DNA of 64,000 nucleotides, taken from positions 385,507 to 449,506 of the forward strand of contig CAVTZJ010000003.1 in NCBI GenBank assembly GCA_963739205.1, read 5' to 3'. Shown here one piece after another: positions 26,240 to 34,725 of this stretch. A program made the translations under genes and the position numbers. Origin of the DNA: an uncultured Pseudomonadota bacterium (GTDB lineage Bacteria > Pseudomonadota > Gammaproteobacteria > Burkholderiales > SG8-39). Position 1 is the first letter of the stretch, and each line of letters starts with the position of its first letter. Under the pieces are notes generated by a model, which searched no databases, was not told where the DNA came from, and was given only the letters and a program-made list of their open reading frames with translations.

Positions 26240-27429
26240 GCGCGGGTCCGCTCGCCGGCCTCAAAGTACTCGAGCTCGCGCAGATCATGGCTGGGCCGAC
26301 CTGCGGCATGCTGCTCGCCGACCTCGGTGCCGACGTCATCAAGGTCGAGAAAATCCCGGGCGGGGACGATACCCGCGCCATGAACCGGCCGTCGGTGAAC
26401 GGCGAGTCGGCCGCATTCATGGCGATGAACCGCAACAAGCGCGGCATCGCGCTGAATCTCAAGCTGCCCGCAGCGCGCGACGCGCTCAAGCGCATGCTCG
26501 GCCGGGTCGACGTGCTCACCGAGAACTACCGCAAGGGCACGATGGAGAAGCTAGGCCTGGGCTACGACGCGCTGAAGGCGCTCAATCCCGCGCTCATCTA
26601 TTGCTCGATCTCCGGATATGGCCGCACGGGGCCGTACGCCGACAAGGGAGGGTTCGACCTCGTCGCCCAGGGCATGTCCGGCCTGATGGCGATCACGGGG
26701 GAACCGGCTCGCCCGCCCGTCAAGTCGGGCAACCCGATCTGCGACATCAACGGCGGCATCCTCGCGGCGCTCGGCATCGTATCGGCCTATGTGCACCGCC
26801 TGAAGAGCGGCGAGGGTCAGCTGGTGGACACCTCGCTCTACGAGGCCGGCATCCAGCAGACCTACTGGCAATCGGCGATCTTCTTCGCTACCGGGCAATC
26901 GCCCGGCCCGATCGGCTCGGCGCATCTGCTCTCGGCCCCTTACCAGGCATTCCGGGCGCGCGACGGCTGGCTCACCATCGGCGGCGCCAATCAGCCGAAC
27001 TGGGAGCGTCTGGCGCGTGTGCTGGGGGCGCCCGAGTGGCTTGCCGACGAGCGCTTTCGCGCGAACAGCGATCGCATGAAGAATCTCGATGCGCTGGTGC
27101 CGCTCGTCAACGCCAAGCTCGAGCAGCGCACGGTGCGAGAGTGGATCGAGCGGCTCGAGGCAGAGGGCGTGCCTTGCGGCCCGATCAATTCGATCGGCGA
27201 CATGCTCGCCGACCCGCAGACCGGAGCGCGCGATATGGTGGTCGAACTCGAGCACCCGAAAGCGGGTAGGACGCGGGCGCTCGGCCTGCCGATCAAACTC
27301 TCCGCCACGCCGGGACGGGTGACGCGCCCGGCACCGACCTACGGCCAGCACACGCGCGAGGTGCTCGCCGAGTTCGGCTTCTCCGCGGGCGAGATCGAGG
27401 TGCTCGTCGCCTCGGGCGCGGCCGCATAG
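26236..27429 (+). CDS. type-III CoA-transferase (CaiB/BaiF family)
   Basis: 397 aa, LKVLELAQIMAGPTCGMLLADLGADVIKVE N-terminal signature. Its start overlaps the aminotransferase stop. Confidence 0.85.
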   Translation: MSAGPLAGLKVLELAQIMAGPTCGMLLADLGADVIKVEKIPGGDDTRAMNRPSVNGESAAFMAMNRNKRGIALNLKLPAARDALKRMLGRVDVLTENYRKGTMEKLGLGYDALKALNPALIYCSISGYGRTGPYADKGGFDLVAQGMSGLMAITGEPARPPVKSGNPICDINGGILAALGIVSAYVHRLKSGEGQLVDTSLYEAGIQQTYWQSAIFFATGQSPGPIGSAHLLSAPYQAFRARDGWLTIGGANQPNWERLARVLGAPEWLADERFRANSDRMKNLDALVPLVNAKLEQRTVREWIERLEAEGVPCGPINSIGDMLADPQTGARDMVVELEHPKAGRTRALGLPIKLSATPGRVTRPAPTYGQHTREVLAEFGFSAGEIEVLVASGAAA

Positions 27430-27444
27430 GCCTCCGACAGCAGC

Positions 27445-28668
27445 TCAGATCGCGCCGTCGGCCCGCAGCTTCTGTATGTCGACGTCGCTCCTGCGGAGCA
27501 GACCGCGCAGTATTTCGTCGGTGTGCTGCCCCAAAAGGGGCGGTGGGACATTGTGCTCGAGCGGCGTTTCCGAGAAACGCATCGGGCTTCGCACCAGCGT
27601 CACCTTTCCGGCAAGTGGGTGCGGAATCTCGATCCTCAGATCGCGCGCGACGGCCTGCGGCTCGCGGAATACCTGGTCGAGCGTATTGATCGGGCCGTTC
27701 GGCACGCCTGCCATCTCCAGCGCCTCGGTCCAGTCACGGGTCGTACGCCCGCGGAAGACTTCGCTCAGGATCTGCGTCAACGCGGCACGATTCTCGACCC
27801 GCTTGCCATTGGTCGCGAAGCGCTCATCGGTGGCGAGGTGCTGGCACTGCGCCACCTCGCAGAACTTGCGAAACAGATTATCGTTCCCGCAGGCGAGGAT
27901 CACGTCGCCGTCGGCGGTCTTGAAGGTCTGGTAGGGCACGATATTCGGGTGCGCATTTCCCAGCCGCCGCGGTGAGATTCCGGTCGCGAGATAGTTCGCG
28001 CCCTGGTTCGCCAGCACCGCCACCTGCGAGTCAAGCAGGGCCAGGTCGAGGTGCTGGCCAACGCCGGTCTCGGCGCGGTACGCCAGCGCCGCGCACACGG
28101 CGACCGTCGCGTACATCCCGGTCATGATGTCGGCGATCGGGATACCCGCTTTTTGTGGCCCGCCGCCAGGTAGATCGTCACGCTCGCCCGTGACGCTCAT
28201 CAGCCCTCCCATGCCCTGGATCATGAAGTCGTAGCCCGGTCGATCCCGATACGGGCCGGTGTGACCGAAGCCGGTAACCGAGCAGTACACCAGCCGCGGA
28301 TTCACCTGCTTCAAATCGTCGTAGCCCAAGCCGTAGCGCCCCAGGTCGCCGGGCTTGTAGTTCTCCAGCAGCACGTCGCACTTCGCCGCCAGCTCGCGCA
28401 CTATTTGCTGACCGTCCGCAGCAGCCAGATTGACGGTTATCGACTTCTTGCCGCGGTTGGCGCAGGCGAAGTACGCGGACTCCCCGGTGTCCTTGCCGGC
28501 GGCGTCCTTCAGCCACGGCGGGCCGAAAGCGCGTGAATCGTCGCCTTTGTGCGGGCGTTCGACCTTGATGACCTCGGCGCCAAGGTCGGCGAGGTTCTGT
28601 CCCGCCCATGGCGCCGCGAGCACGCGTGAGAGGTCAAGAACACGGATATGCGATAAGGGGCCTGGCAT
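27445..28668 (-). CDS. type-III CoA-transferase (CaiB/BaiF family), paralogue
   Basis: 407 aa, IRVLDLSRVLAAPWAGQNLADLGAEVIKVE. Convergent with the previous gene, with 15 nt between the stops. Confidence 0.85.
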   Translation of the reverse strand: MPGPLSHIRVLDLSRVLAAPWAGQNLADLGAEVIKVERPHKGDDSRAFGPPWLKDAAGKDTGESAYFACANRGKKSITVNLAAADGQQIVRELAAKCDVLLENYKPGDLGRYGLGYDDLKQVNPRLVYCSVTGFGHTGPYRDRPGYDFMIQGMGGLMSVTGERDDLPGGGPQKAGIPIADIMTGMYATVAVCAALAYRAETGVGQHLDLALLDSQVAVLANQGANYLATGISPRRLGNAHPNIVPYQTFKTADGDVILACGNDNLFRKFCEVAQCQHLATDERFATNGKRVENRAALTQILSEVFRGRTTRDWTEALEMAGVPNGPINTLDQVFREPQAVARDLRIEIPHPLAGKVTLVRSPMRFSETPLEHNVPPPLLGQHTDEILRGLLRRSDVDIQKLRADGAI

Positions 28669-28718
28669 TCATTTGTCCTCGAACGGAAGCAGAAATCTTA
28701 TTACGCCAGCGCATCGCC

Positions 28719-29372
28719 TCACCAGAGGCTCAGGAGCATGTGTAGCGCGAGCAGGAACAGCAGCAGCGCGAAGACGATGCGCAGCCTGCGCACCGGCAGA
28801 TGATGCGAGACGCGCGCCCCGAGGGGCGCCGTAAGGATGCTGGTCGCTGCGATGAGCGCGAGCGCCGGGACGTAAACGAAGCCTAGACTGCCGCGCGGCA
28901 GTCCGCCTACGTTCCAGCCTGCGTAGACGTAGCCGATGCTCGAGGCGAGAGACAAGGGGAAGCCGATCGCCGCCGCGGTGCCGATCGCGCGCTTGAGCGG
29001 GACGTTGCACCAGGTCATGAACGGCACGGTCATGAACGCCGCGCCCGCGGCGAGAAAGCTGGCGAGGAAGCTCATGACGCCCCCGGTGACGCCGAGCCCC
29101 AGCCCGCCGCCCGGCAGCATGCCGCGCACGACGCGCCAGTCCACACCGCCACGCACGTGGTGCGCGCGCACGCTGGCAGCCAAGGTGAACGGAATCGTCG
29201 CCATCGCGGTGGCGAGCGACAGGTGCATGAGGTGACTCGCCGGAAAGGCTTTCGCGGTGAACACGAACACCAGCATCGGCACGGTGATCATGCCCCCTCC
29301 GACCCCCAGCAGGCCGGCGAGAAAGCCCACCGCGGCGCCGACTCCCAGGTACGCCGGCCACCATTCGCTCAT
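28719..29372 (-). CDS. TSUP (TauE/SafE) family anion exporter
   Basis: C-terminal 217 aa of ORF 28719..29798 from MSEWWPAYLGVGAAVGFLAGLLGVGGGMITVPML. Polytopic. The ATG overlaps the HAD gene stop (ATGA). Confidence 0.8.
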   Translation of the reverse strand: MSEWWPAYLGVGAAVGFLAGLLGVGGGMITVPMLVFVFTAKAFPASHLMHLSLATAMATIPFTLAASVRAHHVRGGVDWRVVRGMLPGGGLGLGVTGGVMSFLASFLAAGAAFMTVPFMTWCNVPLKRAIGTAAAIGFPLSLASSIGYVYAGWNVGGLPRGSLGFVYVPALALIAATSILTAPLGARVSHHLPVRRLRIVFALLLFLLALHMLLSLW

Positions 29373-30157
29373 TCGTGCCCCAGCAGGTGGGCGACGAGCT
29401 CGACGAACCCTGCGCCGGCCGCGGCGTGCGTGACGAACTTCGGCGCCGCGGCGAGATGCCCGGCGAAGCGGGTCACGTTCGCGACGCCGATCGAATGCTC
29501 GAAGAACGCGAACATCGGCGCGTCGTTGGGCGAGTCGCCCGCAAACGCGAACTCGCGCTGGGCGGCGTCCAGCTGGGTGCCGAAGCGCTCGGCAAACAGC
29601 GTTCGCGTGGTGGCGAGCTTGTCGTAGTCGCCGAACCAGCCGTTCACGTGGATCGAGCTGATCTTGGCGCGCAGGCCCGCCTCGCGCATCAGCGTCGCGA
29701 TGCGTTCGGCGGCTTCGAGCGGCAAGGCGGGCACGTCCTCGCAGAAGTCGATCGCCAGATCCGTATCGCGGTAGTCCTGGTCCGCGGCGAGCGCGCAACC
29801 CGGCACGGCGGAGACGATGCGCCGTGCGATCGCGTCGAAGCGCGCGCGGTTCGCGACGCGCACCTCTTCAGCGTCCCGGTAGCGGCGCCGCAGCTTGCCG
29901 GCCGCGGCGTCGTACCAGAAATAAAACGCGCCGTTCTCTCCGACCACGGCGTCCACCGGCCACATGCGCGCGATGTGATCGCACCAGCCGGCCGGGCGCC
30001 CCGTGATCGGTACGACCACGCGTCCCGCCTGCTTCAGGTCCTGCAGCGCGCCGTAGGCTTCCGCGGTCAGCCGACCTTCCGTGGTCAGCGTATCGTCGAT
30101 ATCGAACAGCAGTCCGCGGATGCGGCGCGGATCGCTAAGCGCGGCGAGCGGTTTCAT
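29369..30157 (-). CDS. HAD-superfamily hydrolase, subfamily IIB-like
   Basis: C-terminal 262 aa of ORF 29369..31765 from MKPLAAL. Motif I is LLFDIDDTLT, and the late motif is GDSPNDAPMF. Confidence 0.75.
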   Translation of the reverse strand: MKPLAALSDPRRIRGLLFDIDDTLTTEGRLTAEAYGALQDLKQAGRVVVPITGRPAGWCDHIARMWPVDAVVGENGAFYFWYDAAAGKLRRRYRDAEEVRVANRARFDAIARRIVSAVPGCALAADQDYRDTDLAIDFCEDVPALPLEAAERIATLMREAGLRAKISSIHVNGWFGDYDKLATTRTLFAERFGTQLDAAQREFAFAGDSPNDAPMFAFFEHSIGVANVTRFAGHLAAAPKFVTHAAAGAGFVELVAHLLGHE

Positions 30158-30183
30158 CGCAGGAATCGGGCAAAGCGCGGATT

Positions 30184-31830
30184 CTAGCGCCACGCAATCG
30201 GCAGGCGCACCGTGATCGCGACGCCGTCGCCGGCGGGCAGGTTGTCCGCCGCGATCGTGCCGCCGTGGAACTCGGCGATCAGGCGTGCCACGTACAGGCC
30301 CAGGCCGAGGTGCGGCACGGCGCCGCGCCGCTCGCCGCGCAGCGAGATCATCGAATCGAACAGCCGGCCCTGCATCTCGGGCGGCAGCAGGGGTCCGCGG
30401 TCGACCACCTTGAGAAGCGCCGTACCGCGTTCCTCTTCCAGCGAGACGCGGATCGGGCTGCCCGGGGTTGCGAAATCCACGGCGTTCTCCACCAGCTTGT
30501 CGAGCAGCTGCGCGGCCAGGTCCGGCGAACCCTCGACGTCCATGCGCCGCTCGGGAAGCTCTAGCGCGAAGCGCGCCTGCGGGTAAGCCAGGCGGTAACC
30601 CTCGACGCAACCGCGTACCACCGGCACCAGGTCGTAGCGCTCGCGCTCGGATGCGCGCAGGCTCTGCTCCAGCCGCGAGGCTTCCATCATTCGTTGCAGG
30701 ATGGTGTTCAGCCGAGCGAGCCCTTCCTCGGCGCGCTCGATGTACAGGCGCCGCTCGGCGGGCTCGGCGGCGAGCTGCAGGTTCTCCAGCGACGAGCGGA
30801 CCACCGCGATCGGCGTGCGCAGCTCGTGCGAAAGACGATCGGCCATGCTCTCCAGATAAGCATGATGCTGCGCGAGGCGCGCCAGCATGGCCGAGAAGCT
30901 GCGCGACAGGTCGCCGATCTCGTCGCCGGCATCGGAGCCGGCCGCGAGACGCGTGATGCGGCCGCGCGCGTCGATCGCCGACTCGGCTTCGTCGCGCAGC
31001 CGGCGGATACGCTGCGACAGTCGCGTCGCGTAGGCGATCAGCAGCGCACCGACGCCCGCGAACGCCGCCAGCGTGAGCGCGAGCAGGCGCTCGAGCGCGG
31101 CGCTGCGCAGCGAGACGATCGGGTTGGTCGTCTCCTCGGCCACCACCGCGCCGGCGACCTCGTCGCCCGACCAGATGGGATAGGCGGAGGAGAGCACCAC
31201 GGCGCGGCCGTCCGGGGTGCGGCGCATGCGCGTGCCCGGCGTTCCCTGCAGGGCGGCCGTGATGTCGCGGCTGGTGGCGAGCACGTCGTCGGGCAAAGCT
31301 TCGGCGAAGTCCTCCGTCGGCCCCGGGATCAGCCAGCCGATTGCCCCGTGCCACCAGGAGCGCAGTAGACCGTCCTGCTCCGGCGGTACCGGCTGCCTCA
31401 GGCTGCCGGCGAGCGCGAGTACCTGGTAGCGCCGGTTCACCACCCAGATGCGCGAGCTGGCACGCTCGACTCCGCGCAGGATGGCGGCGATCTCTTCCCT
31501 TGCAGGGGCCGCCGCAACGGCATCCTCGCGCGCCAGCGGTACGTCCGCCTCTGTGCCGCCAGCGCCCCCGCTTTGCTGCGTCAGCCGCTGCAGCTCGGCC
31601 TCGGCCTCGCGTCGCAGCGTATCGTCGCGCTCCGGAACCGCGGCAAGGAGCTGCGGGCGGTCGTGCAGCGCGGTCGCGACTGCCCGCGCGGTGGCGAGCA
31701 GCGCGCGCTCCTGTCCCTCGAGCAGGAAGCGCTCCATCTCGCCCACGTAGAGCCATCCTGCCCATGGCAGCGCCAGCATGGCGAGCGAGACCAGCGCGAG
31801 CTTGACCCGCAGGGTAATGCGCACGCGCAT
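30184..31830 (-). CDS. sensor histidine kinase (dedicated-sortase-system type)
   Basis: ORF 30184..31896 trimmed to MRVRITLRVKLALVSLAML. H-box LSHELRTPIAVV, N-box LVENAVDF, G-boxes DRGPLLPPE / GLGLYVARLI. It follows the response-regulator gene by 7 nt. Confidence 0.85.
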   Translation of the reverse strand: MRVRITLRVKLALVSLAMLALPWAGWLYVGEMERFLLEGQERALLATARAVATALHDRPQLLAAVPERDDTLRREAEAELQRLTQQSGGAGGTEADVPLAREDAVAAAPAREEIAAILRGVERASSRIWVVNRRYQVLALAGSLRQPVPPEQDGLLRSWWHGAIGWLIPGPTEDFAEALPDDVLATSRDITAALQGTPGTRMRRTPDGRAVVLSSAYPIWSGDEVAGAVVAEETTNPIVSLRSAALERLLALTLAAFAGVGALLIAYATRLSQRIRRLRDEAESAIDARGRITRLAAGSDAGDEIGDLSRSFSAMLARLAQHHAYLESMADRLSHELRTPIAVVRSSLENLQLAAEPAERRLYIERAEEGLARLNTILQRMMEASRLEQSLRASERERYDLVPVVRGCVEGYRLAYPQARFALELPERRMDVEGSPDLAAQLLDKLVENAVDFATPGSPIRVSLEEERGTALLKVVDRGPLLPPEMQGRLFDSMISLRGERRGAVPHLGLGLYVARLIAEFHGGTIAADNLPAGDGVAITVRLPIAWR

Positions 31831-31837
31831 TGCGGCC

Positions 31838-32527
31838 TCAGGCCTTCCAGCGGTAGCCCATGCCGTAGACCGTGTCGATTCGGTCGAACGCGGCATCGAC
31901 GGCGAGGAACTTGTGTCGTATGCGCTTTACGTGCGAAGTGACCGTGGCGTCGTCGACGACCAGGTTTGCTTCGCGCATCAGCTGGTCGCGATTCTTGACG
32001 TGGCCCGGGAACTTGGCGAGCGCGTGCACCATCCAGAACTCCGTCAGCGTGAGCGCGACGGATCGACCCTGCCAGCTTACGCTGAAGCGCTTAAGGTCGA
32101 GCGCGAGCGCGCCGCGCTCGAAGCGCTCCTCGGCCACGGGTGGCTCGCGCGCGAGATCGGCGCGGCGAAACAGCGCCGCGATGCGCGCCGTGAGGTGCGG
32201 CAGGCTCACGTCCTTGGTGAGATAGTCGTCGGCACCCAGACGCAGGCCGGCGACCACGTCGAAGTCGCTGTCGCGCGCGGTCAGGAAGATGATCGGCAGC
32301 GCGGCCGAGAGCGCGCGCAACTCGCGGCACAGCGCGAAGCCGCCGTCCGCGTCCTCCCCCAGGCCGATGTCGATGATGGCGAGGTCGGGCAGACGCGACT
32401 TCATCGCGGCGAGCGCCTCGGCGCGGCCGCCGTAGGCGGCCACCTCGTAGCCGTAGCGGCCGAGCGCGGCGGCGTAGTTGGCGCGTATGGCAGGGTCGTC
32501 CTCGACGATGGCGATGCGGCGCGGCAT
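31838..32527 (-). CDS. OmpR-family response regulator (dedicated-sortase-system type)
   Basis: ORF 31838..32584 trimmed to MPRRIAIVEDDPAIR. Receiver Asp in DLAIIDIGL and a winged-helix C-terminus ending TVYGMGYRW. Confidence 0.85.
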   Translation of the reverse strand: MPRRIAIVEDDPAIRANYAAALGRYGYEVAAYGGRAEALAAMKSRLPDLAIIDIGLGEDADGGFALCRELRALSAALPIIFLTARDSDFDVVAGLRLGADDYLTKDVSLPHLTARIAALFRRADLAREPPVAEERFERGALALDLKRFSVSWQGRSVALTLTEFWMVHALAKFPGHVKNRDQLMREANLVVDDATVTSHVKRIRHKFLAVDAAFDRIDTVYGMGYRWKA

Positions 32528-32567
32528 GACATCGAATATAGCCGATCGCTGCGCGTTCTCCGCCCGC

Positions 32568-32584
32568 TGCCACCGGATTGCCAC
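32568..32584. promoter_or_regulatory. direct repeat TGCCAC-N5-TGCCAC (11-bp period), candidate response-regulator binding site
   Basis: Lies in the 149-nt divergent spacer between the response regulator and the sortase-target gene. Helical-turn spacing is what OmpR-family dimers use. The repeat is short, so chance occurrence is possible. Confidence 0.25.
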
Positions 32585-32676
32585 AATTGCTCAGCGCTGC
32601 GCCCTTTGCGCGCCGCGCGCCCGCCCCGGCGGGCGCCTGTAATCGGCTTCCAGCACGCACCAACGATGGAGGCGCC

Positions 32677-34725
32677 GTGAGCAAGCCCGCAAAAAGAACC
32701 CTGGCCGGACGGATCGCGCTCGATCTCATCGCATCGGTGGCGCTCGCCGCCGCGTTGGGCATCGTGACCGCCATTGCGCTCGCCGGCGTGACGCTTCTGT
32801 TCGCGAGCCAGGCGCGGGCAGCCGATGCGCCGGGCGAGGGCACCCTGCTCCTGCGCCCGCGTGCCGGCGGCAAGACGCTCGAAGCGCCGCTGCAGTCGAC
32901 CGCGGTGGCGTTCCAGGTCTCGGGCATGGTGGTGCGCGCGCGCGTGGTGCAGACCTTCCGCAATCCGGGCGAGGGCTGGTACGAGGGCGTCTACGTGTTC
33001 CCGCTGCCCGAGAATTCGGCCGTCGACCGCCTGCGCCTGCGCGTCGGCGAGCGCACCATAGAAGGAGAGATTCAGGAGCGTGAGGCGGCCCAGAAGACCT
33101 ACGCGGCGGCGCGGGCGCAGGGCAGCCGCGCAGCGCTGCTCGACCAGGACAGGCCCAACATATTCACCACCAGCGTGGCGAACATCGGCCCGCACGAGAC
33201 CATCGTGGTCGAGCTCGAATACCTGGAGACGCTGCGCTACCGGGACGGCCGCTTTTCGCTGCGCTTTCCGATGGTGGTCGGACCGCGCTATATCCCGCAC
33301 GGCGTGACGGACGCGGCGCGCATCACGCCCGTCGTGCTGCGTCCGCAGGAGGGGCGCGCGTCCGTCAACCCGGTTTCGATCCGCGTCGAGCTGGATGCAG
33401 GCGTGCCCCTCGCCGAGGTTTCGAGCCCCTACCACCCAGTGGACGTCAAAACGCTCGGCGAGGGGCAGCGCGAAATCACGCTCGCCGAAGGCAGCACTCC
33501 GGCCAATCGCGATTTCGTGCTGCGCTGGGCGCCGCGCCCCGAAGCGGCGCCTCGGCTCGCCTGGTTTACGCAGTCAGAGGGCGGGCACCACTACGCGCTG
33601 CTGATGCTGATGCCACCGGCAGCGGCGCACGAGGCGCCGCTTCCGCGCGAAGTGATCTTCGTGCTCGACACCTCGGGCTCGATGGCCGGCGCGTCGATCC
33701 GCCAGGCGCGCGAGGCGCTCGCGCTGGCGCTCGAACGCCTGACGCCGCAAGACCGCTTCAACGTCATCGAATTCAACTCGACCGCGAGAGCGCTGTTCGC
33801 GGAAGCTCGCCCTGCCGCGCCCGCGCAGGTGCGGCGCGCGATCGGCTGGGTGCGCGGCCTCGAGGCGCGCGGCGGCACAGAGATGGCCTCCGCCCTGACG
33901 CTCGCATTGAACGGCGGCGATGCGGACTCCGGCGTGAGGCAGGTGGTCTTCCTCACAGACGGCGCAGTCGGCAACGAAGAGCAACTGTTTCGGCTGATCC
34001 AGGCGCGGCTGGGCGACTCGCGCCTCTTTACCGTGGGAATCGGCTCGGCGCCGAACAGCCACTTCATGCGCAAGGCGGCCGAGCTCGGGCGCGGCACGTT
34101 CACCTATATCGGCCGCGTCGACGAAGTCGGCGCGAGGATGTCCGAGCTCTTCGCCAAGCTCGAAGCGCCCGTGCTGAAGGGGATCACGCTGCAATGGCCC
34201 GAGGCGGCGCACGCCGAAGCCTGGCCCGCGCGCGTGCCCGACCTCTATGCCGGCGAACCGCTCGTGGTGAGCGCTTCGCTCGAGCGCCTCGAAGGCGAGC
34301 TGCGCGTGAGCGGAGTGCGCGCGGGGCGGGTGTGGCAAGCGCGTGTGCCGCTTGCCGCGGGCGCGCAGGCCACCGGCATCGATTCGCTCTGGGCACGCTC
34401 GAAGGTGGCCTCGCTCATGGACTCGTTGCGCGACGGCGCACCTCCCGAAGCGGTGCGCGAGCAGGTGATCGCGCTCGCGCGCGCACACCGCCTGGTGACC
34501 CGTTACACCAGCTTCGTCGCGGTCGAGCGTACGCCGGCTCGGCCCGCCGACGCGCCGCTCGCGCGCGCCGATTTGCCGACCAATCTGCCCGAGGGCTGGG
34601 AATACGACAAGGTGTTCGGCGAGCTGCCGCAGACCGGCACCGACAGCCGCTTCGCGCTGTTGAGCGGGATGCTGTCGCTCCTGCTCGCCGCAATTTTGGT
34701 CGGCTGGCGCCGGAGGTTTGCTTGA
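32677..34725 (+). CDS. sortase target protein: VIT domain + von Willebrand factor A domain + C-terminal LPQTG sorting signal
   Basis: ORF 32578..34725 trimmed to GTG 32677, 4 nt after GGAGG. N-terminal hydrophobic signal ending ARA-AD. VIT-like region (FQVSGMVVRARVVQTF...YVFPLPENSAV). vWA MIDAS motif in FVLDTSGSM. The C-terminus is LPQTG (34624..34638), then a hydrophobic stretch and RRRFA. Confidence 0.85.
   Translation: MSKPAKRTLAGRIALDLIASVALAAALGIVTAIALAGVTLLFASQARAADAPGEGTLLLRPRAGGKTLEAPLQSTAVAFQVSGMVVRARVVQTFRNPGEGWYEGVYVFPLPENSAVDRLRLRVGERTIEGEIQEREAAQKTYAAARAQGSRAALLDQDRPNIFTTSVANIGPHETIVVELEYLETLRYRDGRFSLRFPMVVGPRYIPHGVTDAARITPVVLRPQEGRASVNPVSIRVELDAGVPLAEVSSPYHPVDVKTLGEGQREITLAEGSTPANRDFVLRWAPRPEAAPRLAWFTQSEGGHHYALLMLMPPAAAHEAPLPREVIFVLDTSGSMAGASIRQAREALALALERLTPQDRFNVIEFNSTARALFAEARPAAPAQVRRAIGWVRGLEARGGTEMASALTLALNGGDADSGVRQVVFLTDGAVGNEEQLFRLIQARLGDSRLFTVGIGSAPNSHFMRKAAELGRGTFTYIGRVDEVGARMSELFAKLEAPVLKGITLQWPEAAHAEAWPARVPDLYAGEPLVVSASLERLEGELRVSGVRAGRVWQARVPLAAGAQATGIDSLWARSKVASLMDSLRDGAPPEAVREQVIALARAHRLVTRYTSFVAVERTPARPADAPLARADLPTNLPEGWEYDKVFGELPQTGTDSRFALLSGMLSLLLAAILVGWRRRFA

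Noticed and set aside
29639-29654. CACGTG-containing sequence (ccgTTCACGTGGAtcg) considered as a third parS
   Set aside because: Only about 11/16 matches to the consensus, and it lies inside the HAD coding region. Other CACGTG hexamers in the window match even less.
29369-31765. 798-aa ORF spanning the HAD gene and most of the histidine-kinase region
   Set aside because: The first roughly 536 aa are an alternative frame of the kinase gene (Arg/Gly/Ala-rich junk). The real product is the 262-aa HAD hydrolase starting at 30157.
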